Under the pieces are notes generated by a model, which was not told the origin of the DNA, ran no database searches, and saw only the letters and a program-made list of their open reading frames with translations. A stretch of 63,251 nucleotides of DNA, filler included, from Perkinsus chesapeaki ATCC PRA-425 (Eukaryota > Protista > Perkinsozoa), in assembly GCA_013115145.1 (NCBI GenBank). It is 9 parts of 9 records of this genome, joined end to end, with 100 filler letters (N's around TTAATTAATTAA, not from the genome) between each part and the next. Parts side by side here need not be neighbours in the genome. Positions count along the whole stretch, not along the records: positions 1 to 31,151 come from JAAPAO010000425.1; 8 more parts are not named here. One strand, given 5' to 3'. The position numbers and the translations under genes are program-made. Shown here piece after piece: positions 1 to 10,810 of this stretch (the first letter of the stretch is position 1; the number at the start of each line of letters is the position of its first letter).

Positions 1-1047
1 TGTGCGTGCGGTACTCCCTTAATCTCTGGAGATTTCACAGCCGCTACATTCGCAAGCTCAATCCGCTTATCAGTATATTAGCAGTAACGGACTCTTCTTT
101 AAAAAGCCACAGCATACAACGAAAGACAGGCAACCCCTGACCCTTTCTTTCAGCCCTATGCTGATTAGCTTCACTGCAAAATTGCTGCTGTGCATCGCAC
201 ACAGTTCCTTCGGCATGTGATACCACTCACAAATCTAGCTACCGCTCCACAGTGAGACAGTCTTTCGTGAGCTCCTATTTCGGTATTGATGCCCGGCTCG
301 CGATTCTGACTTCAGCCACTCTTCTGGACTGTGGCTCCTACCCGCTCTCCTGGAGAAATAGCAATTTAATGTTATCTACGTTGGGCTATAGCATACACCA
401 TTGCCGAAGGGCCTTTGACACTCCCAGGTATCGGGAGCAGTTCTCGGAGCAGCATCGAGCGCCATAAGGTTCGGCAGACAAAATTCATCATTCATGTCGA
501 GCACTCGGAATCGATGTCATAATCCGAAGAGAGATGGGGAAAGATAAAGTCGGCGAGAGATCACCGATAATAACCTTAACTATCCACAAGTTTGGTCCGT
601 GGTATAATTTCGTGTGGCGCGCTGCGCTTACAGTCTGTATCATGCAACATACACAGTGCTTGAGGGCCTTGTTCTCGGGAGTCCACAAGATGATTCTCGG
701 TCTGAAATAAGGTTTCAAGTGTATTGGTGCATTGACCGTAGTTTGAGGTCCAGCATGGGAGTTATATGAATATAAGCTCATGGAAACCAGGCAGTAACGC
801 ATTCCTGTATATTTATCTAGATAAATGAATGAATAAGGTAACATATCGCTCAGGCTGCTCACTTTACCATATGCTCGCGCGGCGCGGATCGCGCCGTCAG
901 CAGTGCTGACGGCCGACGCCGTCGGGCTGAGTCAGCAGGTGCTGAGTCAGCAGCTGACTCAGCACCCCGTGGTGGCGCCGAAAGCTTCCCTCGCCAAAAA
1001 GCCACCTAAAGCTTGTAGACATTTCCCCTGATCCTTCTCTATCTGGT

Positions 1048-1461
1048 ATGTCAATCATTTTCATCACACTTTACTCTCTGTTGGTTGCGGTACTTGAGAG
1101 TGTGGTTCCTCCGGATGATGTCTACTGCAGCGACGCTACGCTAAGCTTCACGGGAAGTCTTTTCTTTCACACTTATGGTCCAAACACGGCTCAAATTCTC
1201 TACTTCGTGTTTTTGCCCCGTCCACAACCGAAATTGACTGGAATTATCGCATATAAGGTCAAACCTGATGGATTTACTCTTGAGCTAGATACATCCGATA
1301 AGAACTTCACACAATTTGCCGACGATATGAAGATCGATCCGACTACGTGGAATGAGCTGCCGTACAACAGCACTGGTGACTCATTCAATCTACCTATACG
1401 TGAAACACATCACTTGGTGACTCCAAGTAGGTGTCCAACTAAGAAGCCTCGCAGTCTGTGA
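1048..1461 (+). CDS. Small secreted/surface protein (137 aa), paralog 1 of a local pair
   Basis: Single-exon ATG..TGA ORF with hydrophobic N-terminus and two Cys (YC near the N-terminus, C near the C-terminus); about 78% identical by eye to 9507..9920. Confidence 0.8.
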   Translation: MSIIFITLYSLLVAVLESVVPPDDVYCSDATLSFTGSLFFHTYGPNTAQILYFVFLPRPQPKLTGIIAYKVKPDGFTLELDTSDKNFTQFADDMKIDPTTWNELPYNSTGDSFNLPIRETHHLVTPSRCPTKKPRSL

Positions 1462-3359
1462 CTTTGACAAACTTCAGCCCTTTATTTAGTGGGTGTATGA
1501 CTATTTCATTCAATAATCAACCTCAGGTAAGCATCTTATTGGGGCTTTTTATATTTGGAGCAATATGTGTATACATCAAGCGGCTCTAGCAAGTTTCTTG
1601 TTGACTACCTATCCGAAAGATACCCTACAGCCGTAGCATATGTACTTCTTATTAAGGTCTCACCTTATCGTTGATGGCCTTAATTTAGCGATGTCGTCGG
1701 TGGAGAGAGATATCCTCTATGAGAAGTATCTATCTGCTGGTGGAATGTTGGCATAACTCTATATAAGTTTCATGTTTTGGGTGACGGTTCAGAGGCTAGA
1801 GACTACTAATAGTGTGATCAAATATAATATTCATCACATTATGTGAGGATCCTATCTAATGATAATACCATTATTGAAATGAACTAGTAGGTTACCTGCT
1901 CTAGATTAGTGAAGGCTTTGATCGATGAGGGTAGCTGTATCCTTGCCTTCTACCAGCTTTTTATCTCTATCACATTATAAATCTGTACCGCGGAACAAAC
2001 ACGTGTTGTGTTTCCCCGAAAGTGTGAATATGAGGTGGATACCGAGTCACACGGAAGCAGTTTTACACCCTGACCTGATCAAATGATTGTGAGCACTGAT
2101 TCGTTGTCGTACTGTCTAGAATCAACTTGATTCTAGACAGTGATAGACTTGATTCGCACTCACTTGATTCAATCAAGTGAGTGCCTCCAGTTAATGGACA
2201 CGCTACTTTGAGGCACTATGCTATAGGCCGCGAGGCATCTTCAATCTTTGTGTCATAATGCTACCTACCGCGATGTCTGCCACATGACTACCTCCAGTTT
2301 GACACAGTAAAACGAAACGAAACCTTCCATACAAGCGCAAGGAGTCAGATCACTCTATAAAGACATGGGTGTGCTTAAGTCTCCTCAACGTGCTCATATA
2401 AAAACGACTTGGCTGCTGAGAACAACGTTTATACCGTATAAATTATACGACACTACTGGTATTCCCAGGTCTGAGTTTTAGCGGCGGGATGGAGTGGCTA
2501 CTGTTGTATTAGGTTCCCATGGATTTGGTTTATGTTGAACTCTCAACACACTTAACGAGTGCACGAGGAAGGCGTCGATGCGGGGAATTGAGGCAAGGCA
2601 GCCTGTGATTCCGAGGATGGATGTAGCTTGTCAGCAATCAATGTTTGTGGATGAGATGCTGAACCTTATGTTCGTGACTCTCCCATCGCCGATGGGCCAA
2701 CGGGGGGCTGATGGCTGCCGGTCATTTAGCTGGCGAGGATAGGCTAACCGGCTCCTAGGCTCTCAGTCAGAGGTTTCTTTGAAGGGCATTGGTACTTTTC
2801 CTGGAAAAGTTTCCCGAGGTACTGGTTCCGCTCGCCGTGTTAGCAACACACGGTATTGGGATACTCGTGAAAGTGCATTGAGGGGACTCCCGCTAGCAGT
2901 CCACTGAGCCTTGCTCCACAAATGCCACAAATACCTTTACAGTAAAGGTTTTACTCACATGTAGCTCGAAGTGTGCAGACTATTTTCTGCAAAATGCCGC
3001 TTTGGTGTATATCTGATCAGAATATCCCTGAGCTGTACTCCGAAGATTGAGTAGCATTTTGATCAGAATAACTCTGCTGGTTTACCAGGCACTTCTGTTC
3101 TTCGTACAACACCTTTAGTGAGCACGTGATTGATGACGAATCTATCCATGATAATCCACGCTCATTCGCCATGACAATCCATGATATCTATTCATGACTA
3201 TCTGGCGATGATTCTGTCGATAAAAGTCGACAGATCAATTGCCCACTTGATCAAAATCAGGAGAGTGAGGTTGTCAGAGAGTCGTATGTGAGTCACATAA
3301 TGTGACCATTGATACGACTAGTACGAAACCGAGTGCTGGAGCCTCCAGCCTGGTGGCGT

Positions 3360-3381
3360 GATAGCCCGGCTATCATAGCCG
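3360..3381. other. 22-bp excision scar, X=GATAGCCG
   Basis: GATAGCC CGGCTATC ATAGCCG. Confidence 0.85.
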
Positions 3382-3534
3382 TGACAGGATGAAAATATTC
3401 ACGTCTCATCGTATCGGGGATGAGGATTGTGCGGACTTACAGTAGGTTTGTGCCATAAATACCCCCTATTGGAGCCCAAAGGCTCCTCCCGCAAAGAAGT
3501 CGTCTGAAGCTTGTTGCCGGTTCCCATGATAATC

Positions 3535-3703
3535 TGCACTATAACGCTAGGCAGTGTGGTAAAATGAGACGAGGCTCAATTGTGAGTGCGTTCGGTGCGA
3601 GGCGCCAGCCGTCGATTACCCGATCGATATCTGGGTGTCAGCTGCTACTAGTGCTGGTTGTACGCATGCACCGCGCGCGAGATGTTGAAGTCACTATATC
3701 GCA
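3535..3703 (-). repeat. 3' LTR (169 bp)
   Basis: TGCACT...ATCGCA; differs from 9023-9192 by one substitution and a 1-nt indel. Confidence 0.97.
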
Positions 3704-3705
3704 GG

Positions 3706-3721
3706 TTTCCTCTCTCCCTCC
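3706..3721 (-). promoter_or_regulatory. Polypurine tract
   Basis: GGAGGGAGAGAGGAAA on the minus strand, 2 nt before the 3' LTR. Confidence 0.9.
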
Positions 3722-4225
3722 GAGTCAACGGATGGGATAGAGCTGACCATCAAAACTAGAGACATTAGCAGAACCAGTAGGATCGAATCTCACTGGAGCT
3801 CGTCGAGAACGTCGTACCCGGACCACCACTGTTAGCCGATTCCCAAGAGGTTGTCTGGAAAAAATTCCCAGATACCATAGAGTGGTCAGTTGGAACAGAG
3901 TAAGTCGATAGAGGAGTAGACGAAGAGGAGCTAGAGGTAAAATTGAGAACAGAATGATCATCTGGTGGCGTTGAAGATAACGGGGATATTAGTACTGGTG
4001 GAGTAGCTGGTAGGACATGAATCACATCAGAATCAGCAGCCCGAGGCTGAGACTGTAAAGGACTTGACGCACTAAGTAGACGTTGTGAAGATCGTGTAGT
4101 AGCTAGACCAGGATCAGGATGTAGTTCACGAACATGACGGACAATAACCTTTTTCGCAGGATCGAGTAAAGTAGCTTTCACTCCTTCTGCACTTAGGAGA
4201 ACAGCCGGGAACCATCGAGTGGCTA

Positions 4226-4247
4226 CTTTACAATGTAAAGTTTACAT
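4226..4247. other. 22-bp excision scar, X=CTTTACAT (inside pol)
   Basis: CTTTACA ATGTAAAG TTTACAT. Confidence 0.92.
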
Positions 4248-7200
4248 TGCCGATCGTATCGGCGATCACGACAGTACACGATCTGGCCGGGGCGGAAAGA
4301 CATCGGTGAAGCATTTTCCGTACCGCGAGCTAGTGCCGAAGATCGTCGTTCTTGCAGGATATCACAGATGATTTCCGCGTCTCCCAAATTCCATGTTGGA
4401 TAAACACCAAGACCTGGACGTGGTCGACCAAAGAAGATACAATATGGAGGTAGTTTCGTGATACTGCTTGTAGTGAGCCGTATTTCCCAGAGAACCCCTT
4501 GCAAGACTTCAGGAAAATGTGCAAGGGAAAAGGGATGTGCAATGTAGATCCTACGTAATCGATCCAACAGTGTTCTATTTACTTGTTCTACCGAAGAGAG
4601 AGGTGAGTAGGGTAGAGTTGGACGAAATAGAATACCATGTTGCTGTAAGAATTGCTGAGTCTCAGATCCGGTGAACTCAGAACCTCGATCAGTCATCAGT
4701 ACCGAAAAGGGACCATAGCATGCTACCAGTCCTTTGAGCTTGGTGGTGATAGTATGCGCAGACTTGTCGGGCAACGGGATAGCGAAGACGAAATGGCTGT
4801 GTAGGCAGACTAATACTAGCAACAGTTGCTTAAATGTGGGAGTGCTAACAGAAAGAACATCAGCCGCAATAGTATGCCAACTCCATGGAGGAGCAACTCG
4901 CTGAACTCCCGGCCTATGTTCAGACGCTCGCTGATCAGCTAACTTGCAAGACGAACATGAACCAACATGTTTGCACACAGCGTCGTACATTCCAGGGAAC
5001 CATACCGTCGATCTCAATGTCGACCAGAGTCGGGTAATTCCTGGATGGCGCCGAGATTCATCAGAGTGTAAGATTCTTAAAAGGATAGACACAGCTGAAG
5101 GTGGTAGTAATGGGACTGAGATTGTGTCTCCGATCATCTTTGGATATACCGCTGACACTTTTTTGTAGATTGAACCATCGTGCACGAAGAACGAACTCCA
5201 TGCGCGGCGGAAGGCTGAGCCCGATAGCTGAGGAGGGGGCTGTCGAGCAACCAACGCTTCATATATCGATTTGAGTTCCTCATTGGCTTGTTGATGTTGG
5301 TACAGGCCTAGCAAGTTAGGATCAGTAGGTGGTGCCGTAGTGGATGAAGTCGTCTGAACCTCACTGCTGTCGGTGGGGAAGGACGAAGGGGGAGCTCCCA
5401 CATATGCTGTAGTGATAGATGCAATGATATCTTCGTCGTCATAGCCATCGTCAGTGGTGTCATCGTAAACCTCATCGTTAGAGTCCGAATGATCCTCTAT
5501 TTGTAGTGCAGGGGTCGTTCCGGGGAACCTAGTCGTCAAGGAGTCTTCTAGCTTTCGGATCTTGTTGAGAAGAGGGTGCCTCGTGAGCGCGTCCGAAGGG
5601 TTGTCCTTGGTGTCAATTCGCACAACTCGGATCCGGTAATTGAACTCAGCTTGGTCGTAGAGCGCGTAGGCCAATGCCACATACTTAGAGAGAACGTGTG
5701 AGCCGTCCTTAGCCGACGATTAGGTCGAATGACCAGATTGGAAGGCTAGTTGTGTAGATCGGTTGTCACAGTCAGGAAGAAGATCAAAGGGAATTTCCTG
5801 TGTGACAACCTTTCCCAACGATAAACATGCGCTATTGCGCGGTACATCATGATGGACTCTAAGCAGCATATGGGAAGCTGCGTGTCTCTGGCACGGAATA
5901 CACAGGCATAGCGGTGTGAATCTTGCCCTGCTTGACGGATAACGAAGCCTCCGGCGTGCTTCGCCGCATCTGTGAACACATGCAGCGGCTCCGTGAATAA
6001 TATCAGTAGATAGGCGGAGGCTCAGTGGTCGTGAGCTCGTGCCACTGGTTCAGACACGAAAAGAGCTCACTAGAGACATGTGATCTCCACGGTACATTAT
6101 AACAGGCTCGCTCTCTCGCAAGGATACTTTGCAGATAGTGTTTCATAGCGCTACACCAGGGATGCGCCACAACGGTTTCATCCAGGGAGGCCAAGATACC
6201 GAGACCATCTGAGTAGGTGCATGATGATAATCCGGTGCTTTCGGCTGCTGCTCTCGGAGATCTCTGTCTGAGCTTCTCAATCTTTCCTGGAGGGTAAGTG
6301 ATGGTGTCGCCGTAGTTGCAGTAGTCGATGCCGAGGATGTTTGCTCTGAGTTGTTCACAAACCGCTTGTCGCTTCGATGGTTTCAGAGGCAGGTCGTACT
6401 CTTCGGAAGCTTGCTCCACGCCTTGTTCTAAGGAGCCAGGTCGACTCTCACATAGGGTTATGTCGTCCATGAAACTGCAGACATCACCGTCTGGTTCTTC
6501 CGTCGCCTGCCTTGTTGGTTCTGGGGCACACTGTTTCTCCGCTTGGTCTCGGCCATGTTGCTCCAGCTGCTGTTGTTGAGGTTGCTGCTGCTGCTGAGCG
6601 CTTGCTGCCGTCGACGATATACCTTTGCTTGGGGAGGGGTGTAGGCGCGGGACTAGCCAATGAACGCAGACTTCTAGGCACCGGGGCGCATGTGATGGCC
6701 CATAGGGCATACACAAAAATGAATACACAGCTGCTGAGTTGTCATTTGGTGGTGCTAAATTCACCGTGAAGATATCATAGTTGCTCGGAAGTAATGCTAG
6801 GTGAATGTAAGCATCCGAGAAGTCACGTGTGGTTAGGAAAGGGAAGAACCGAGTCCTGTCAATGAGCTCGTGCTGAAGGTTCTGGAAGAACTTCTCCTGA
6901 CTGAAGAGCTTTTTCAGATGACGGTTCAACCATACGAAGGGAAATACAGGCCTATGTCGACGGCCATCCCCTCCGACGATGTAGTAGTTAGTCGAAGCTG
7001 TAGTTGATGCAGATTTTGCTATTCGGCCTTCCTTCTCCCATCTTGTAAAATATTCCCGAACCGCCGTGAGAGCTTCAGGTGTTGCTTCCAAAAGGCGCCG
7101 GTGACAGCGTTGTGCACTTGTGACAAATTTGTCTTGTAAGTGGTGCAGCATATGAGGGTTGATGCCGACAAAGAACTTCTTCTTGTGGGGATTGAGGATG

Positions 7201-7903
7201 TTTTCCGCTGCACATATGAAGATGATGTTTGTAGAGATGATAGCGTCGAACACCTTCCATTCCGGCGGTAATGATCGCCAGTAAGGTTTTGTAGATGGCC
7301 CGCTGGACGGAAGATCTGACCGAGACGATTCGGCGCCTGGTGAAGACGCCTGTGCTGCCGCTGATGACTCGACATTCATTGATGTAGGGGTACTAGTAGC
7401 TATAGACATAATATTATGAGGTACATTACCATAGGTGAAGAACTGTTGCATGAAGTTCAAACCACCAATAATCGGAAATGCCATTGGCGCTGTTGACAGC
7501 ATGAAGGGGTATTGAAAGTGCATGTCCTGGATCTCGTCAAAGACTATATCGACCAACACCGTGCCGTCAATTTGGAGGTCCTGGCCTGTCAATGACCTGG
7601 CCGAGGCTTTGCACGTTTGTACTGCTTCAGGAGGGATAGACCCCAGTAAGGCTTTGCTTATAGTACTTATTCTAGAGCCAGTGTCGAAGAGAATAGTAGA
7701 CTTGACTTGACATGTCGGTTTACCATGGAATAGTACAGACACAGACAAAGGCGTAGTAGCTGCAGACGAGGTAGCTATGACTCTTTTAAGGCCGCTGTTA
7801 CAGCGAGGAGTCAGAAAAATCTGGGTGGGCCCGCTAAACTGGGAGGTAGAAGGTACCGCAGTAGTAGAAGATGTTGATGGGGGCCTGTCAGCATCATCGC
7901 ATA

Positions 7904-8944
7904 TTAGTTTCCCTTCTCAGTGTTAGCACCCTTCTTCAGCTGCATCGCCCTAGCCTTGGTATTACACTGTTCCTCCGTATGACCAAGGCGAGCGCAATAG
8001 GTACAAGTAGCTCCTGGGGTTGAGAGTAGTCTTGGCCTTGGTGGCTGTCGTGCTTGCAGTAATCCTTGATCTCTTTGTTTCTTCCAACACGAGTCAAGAG
8101 TGTGGTTAGCTTTTTTACAATAGTCACAGCGAATGCCACCAGAGCCGGATGGACCCTTTATAGCCGCTATAAGCTGTGGCAGCCAGGATGGTGGGGCTTG
8201 CTCATCCTTAGCTTGTTCAAATGCAGCTTGTTCCTCGGGTACAGGCTGTAGTTGTTGTTGGTTGTAGAGAGCTGCTTGGATCGCCGGTGAGGTAGGTGGC
8301 AGTGGTGTACCATTGAGGGCCGCGAAGGGGTTGAAGTTGAGGTTATTGGGTAGTCCTACTTGGTGGAACATATCGATCGGCGACCTTGGTGGAGCTAGAG
8401 GTTGGCCATCTTGACTATTGAAGGGGTCTGCCAGAAGGAACTGTGCCCGCTCAATTGCTTGAGCCAGAGTTGCAGGGTTTCTGTTGCGGACCTGCTGTGC
8501 CAGCCTTGGTGAAGCTCCGGCCAAGCCGCGAAAGAACGAGGCAAGCAGAATGGGCTCAGTGTGCTGGACTGGTAAGGTAGGATATGCTCTCTTGATGAGC
8601 TGCTTCAAGTCGTTCACATAGCTCAGAAGGGTTTCGGCACCGGGGTTGAAGTATCTCTGTTGGAGCTTCTCTCCCGAGACGAAAGCGGTTGCAAAGTGCA
8701 TCTTATCCTGCAGGGCTCTAGTAAGTTGGGCATAATCAGCCTTGATGGGTGTGGGCAAGTCTTGATATATTGACCAACAGTCCCCTTTAAGGAGAGGGGG
8801 TAAACTCATAAGCTTTTGCTCATCATTCCACTGGTTAGCTGAAGCGCATGCTTCATATTTGGCTAGCCAACTAGCCCAATCGAGAGAACTGTTCAGTGGG
8901 TCGTAACCCTCAGGTAAGAGCACGTAAGTTGGTGCTGCCGCCAT
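7904..8944 (-). CDS. gag: Gag (346 aa) with two CCHC zinc knuckles
   Basis: CDYCKKANHTLDSC and CTYCARLGHTEEQC; gypsy-type capsid N-terminus (DW..WL..YE..A..N.W); begins 62 nt after the PBS. Confidence 0.92.
   Translation of the reverse strand: MAAAPTYVLLPEGYDPLNSSLDWASWLAKYEACASANQWNDEQKLMSLPPLLKGDCWSIYQDLPTPIKADYAQLTRALQDKMHFATAFVSGEKLQQRYFNPGAETLLSYVNDLKQLIKRAYPTLPVQHTEPILLASFFRGLAGASPRLAQQVRNRNPATLAQAIERAQFLLADPFNSQDGQPLAPPRSPIDMFHQVGLPNNLNFNPFAALNGTPLPPTSPAIQAALYNQQQLQPVPEEQAAFEQAKDEQAPPSWLPQLIAAIKGPSGSGGIRCDYCKKANHTLDSCWKKQRDQGLLQARQPPRPRLLSTPGATCTYCARLGHTEEQCNTKARAMQLKKGANTEKGN
7907..7913 (-). promoter_or_regulatory. -1 programmed ribosomal frameshift slippery heptamer G GGA AAC
   Basis: In gag frame directly before the TAA; the -1 frame is open from here into the protease and is closed by TGA just upstream. 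Confidence 0.85.
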
Positions 8945-9005
8945 ATAGTGTCGATTGCCCGATAACTGGGAGATTGTGTGAGATAACGGGGGCTTTGTTC
9001 AACAA

Positions 9006-9018
9006 GGAGCTGCTACCA
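9006..9018 (-). promoter_or_regulatory. Primer-binding site, probably initiator tRNA-Met
   Basis: TGGTAGCAGCTCC, 4 nt inside the 5' LTR; complementary to a tRNA 3' end ...GCUGCUACCA. Confidence 0.8.
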
Positions 9019-9022
9019 CTTC

Positions 9023-9192
9023 TGCACTATAACGCTAGGCAGTGTGGTAAAATGAGACGAGGCTCAATTGTGAGTGCGTTCGGTGCGAAGGCGCCAGCCG
9101 TCGATTACCCGATCGATATCTGGGTGTCAGCTGCTACTATTGCTGGTTGTACGCATGCACCGCGCGCGAGATGTTGAAGTCACTATATCGCA
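9023..9192 (-). repeat. 5' LTR (170 bp)
   Basis: Near-identical direct repeat of 3535-3703. Confidence 0.97.
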
Positions 9193-9506
9193 AATCTCAT
9201 TGACAAACATTGGCACGCGCGACCATACATAGGTCGACTTGTTGAGCAACAATGAGCAGAACAGGGAAATCCTTGTTGCGCATCCTTTATCATCGCGGAG
9301 ACATCGTGCGAGAAGCGAGGACGAATATGGCCCGCGTCACCAATCCGATCACGCACGCGTGTACATAGAGCCACGCTTCGCCGGATACCCACAGGATTTT
9401 ACTACTAGACACTATATAAGTTTCAGGAGGCCATCGAGAAAGACCGCTAACGATTACTGATGTTCTAACTTAGAACTTCTAAGGGATTTTCGTCTGTCCG
9501 ACAGGC

Positions 9507-9920
9507 ATGTCAATCACCTCCATCACACTTTACACTCTGTTGGTTGCGGTGCTTGAGAGTGTGGTTCCTCCGCATGATGTCTACTGCAGCGACGCTTCCC
9601 TAAGCTTCACCGGAGGTCTTTTCTTTCGCGCATATGGTCCAAACACGTTCCAAATCCTCTACTTTTTGATTTTCCCTCGTCTACTAGAACAAGTGACGGG
9701 GACTATACCCTACAAGGTCAAACCTGATGGATCTACTCTTATGCTAGATACTGCCAATAAGAACTTCACGCAGTTTGCCGACGACATCAATATCGATCCG
9801 ACTACGTGGAATGAGCTGCCGTACAACAGCACTGGTGACTCGTTCAATCTACCTATACGTAAAACACATCACTTGGTGACTCCAAGTAAGTGTCCAACGA
9901 AGATTCCTGGCAGCTGGTGA
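9507..9920 (+). CDS. Small secreted/surface protein (137 aa), paralog 2
   Basis: Same length and Cys positions as 1048..1461. Confidence 0.8.
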   Translation: MSITSITLYTLLVAVLESVVPPHDVYCSDASLSFTGGLFFRAYGPNTFQILYFLIFPRLLEQVTGTIPYKVKPDGSTLMLDTANKNFTQFADDINIDPTTWNELPYNSTGDSFNLPIRKTHHLVTPSKCPTKIPGSW

Positions 9921-10315
9921 CTTCAACACAACTACAAAAGTTGAGCTTAAACTGGCCCAGTGGCTGCCCACTGTACTTGATCCCGAACAGTGGGAGTGAG
10001 AGCAACGTAATGAGCACCTTTGTTGTTGACCAGCTAACTCGAGGGCCGATGTAGCATATCTCGTCCTTCTTGGGGTCCTAGAGGTTCATTACCAAGTACC
10101 TCTTTATCTTTTGTCTTAAGGATAGTGCTTCTTGCTTACATGTTGTATCCTTTCTACATCCTATAATATAATCTACATGGAGTCTGTAGTGATTTTACGG
10201 ATTTTATGGAGATGGTAGCTAATGGTGTGGAGCTAATATCGTATTATTTATAGTTATGATCAGATTAGAAAAGTGATTGATGGCGTTTTGATGCCAGTAA
10301 ATCGTTATTAGACTT

Positions 10316-10337
10316 CATGTTACTAACATGATGTTAG
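10316..10337. other. 22-bp excision scar, X=CATGTTAG
   Basis: CATGTTA CTAACATG ATGTTAG. Confidence 0.85.
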
Positions 10338-10788
10338 TGTTGAGTTAGAGGAAGATGAAGCCTCGGTTCACGATTCCGTCCGCAATCAGCTCGAAGCCGT
10401 ACCGCAACAGGGTCGAAAGGCCGTATTGTTCGATGTTACCATGCAGTAACTAGTGACAAGCACAGTCTTCGATTGGAAACAAATCTATTTGAGTCTTCAA
10501 GTGTTCCTATTTATCACAATGCGACGTAAGGGACGATTATCACCGGAAGTGTTCTTGGAGAACACAAACTCGAATCACATGCTCTACCGAGCTGTTAGTT
10601 AGCCGTCGCTGCCTCAGTGTCTAGCAGGGCGCCGCTCCAATAGTGATTCGCTCCTGTGACTCGATCCTGAGACTCGCAGGCTGCGAGTCACAGAGTAGCG
10701 AAGAAAATTCAACAATTTCTTTTGCCGACCCTTCTGCTCACACCTAATTTACATTACTTAACTGAGGAAGCGAGATGAGAGTTGCTGA

Positions 10789-10810
10789 GTAAGCATTGCT
10801 TACTAAGCAA
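10789..10810. other. 22-bp excision scar, X=GTAAGCAA
   Basis: GTAAGCA TTGCTTAC TAAGCAA. Confidence 0.85.

Larger units (their letters stand above)
3765..7913 (-). pseudogene. pol: pol polyprotein (protease, RT, RNase H, integrase), broken into four ORFs
   Basis: Protease ILFDTGS; RT TRDFSDAY, MPYGPSHAP, FMDD; RNase H VFTDAA and DNPSDALTR; integrase HHCC plus D-D-E (AADV, TDRGSEF, SVEQVN). Frameshifts near 6010 and 5755, an in-frame TAA near 5722, and a 14-nt insertion at 4227-4240. Confidence 0.93.
3535..9192 (-). mobile_element. Full-length Ty3/gypsy (Metaviridae) LTR retrotransposon, pol inactivated
   Basis: Two TG..CA LTRs; 4-bp TSD AATC at 3531-3534 and 9193-9196; PBS, PPT, gag, then pol in PR-RT-RH-INT order. 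Confidence 0.97.

Noticed and set aside
44-862. Possible multi-exon gene on the minus strand at the window start
   Set aside because: Could not build a consistent splice model or recognise a domain
5700-5760. Stop-codon reassignment to explain in-frame stops
   Set aside because: Host genes end at ordinary TAA/TGA and have no internal stops; stops are confined to elements that also carry frameshifts
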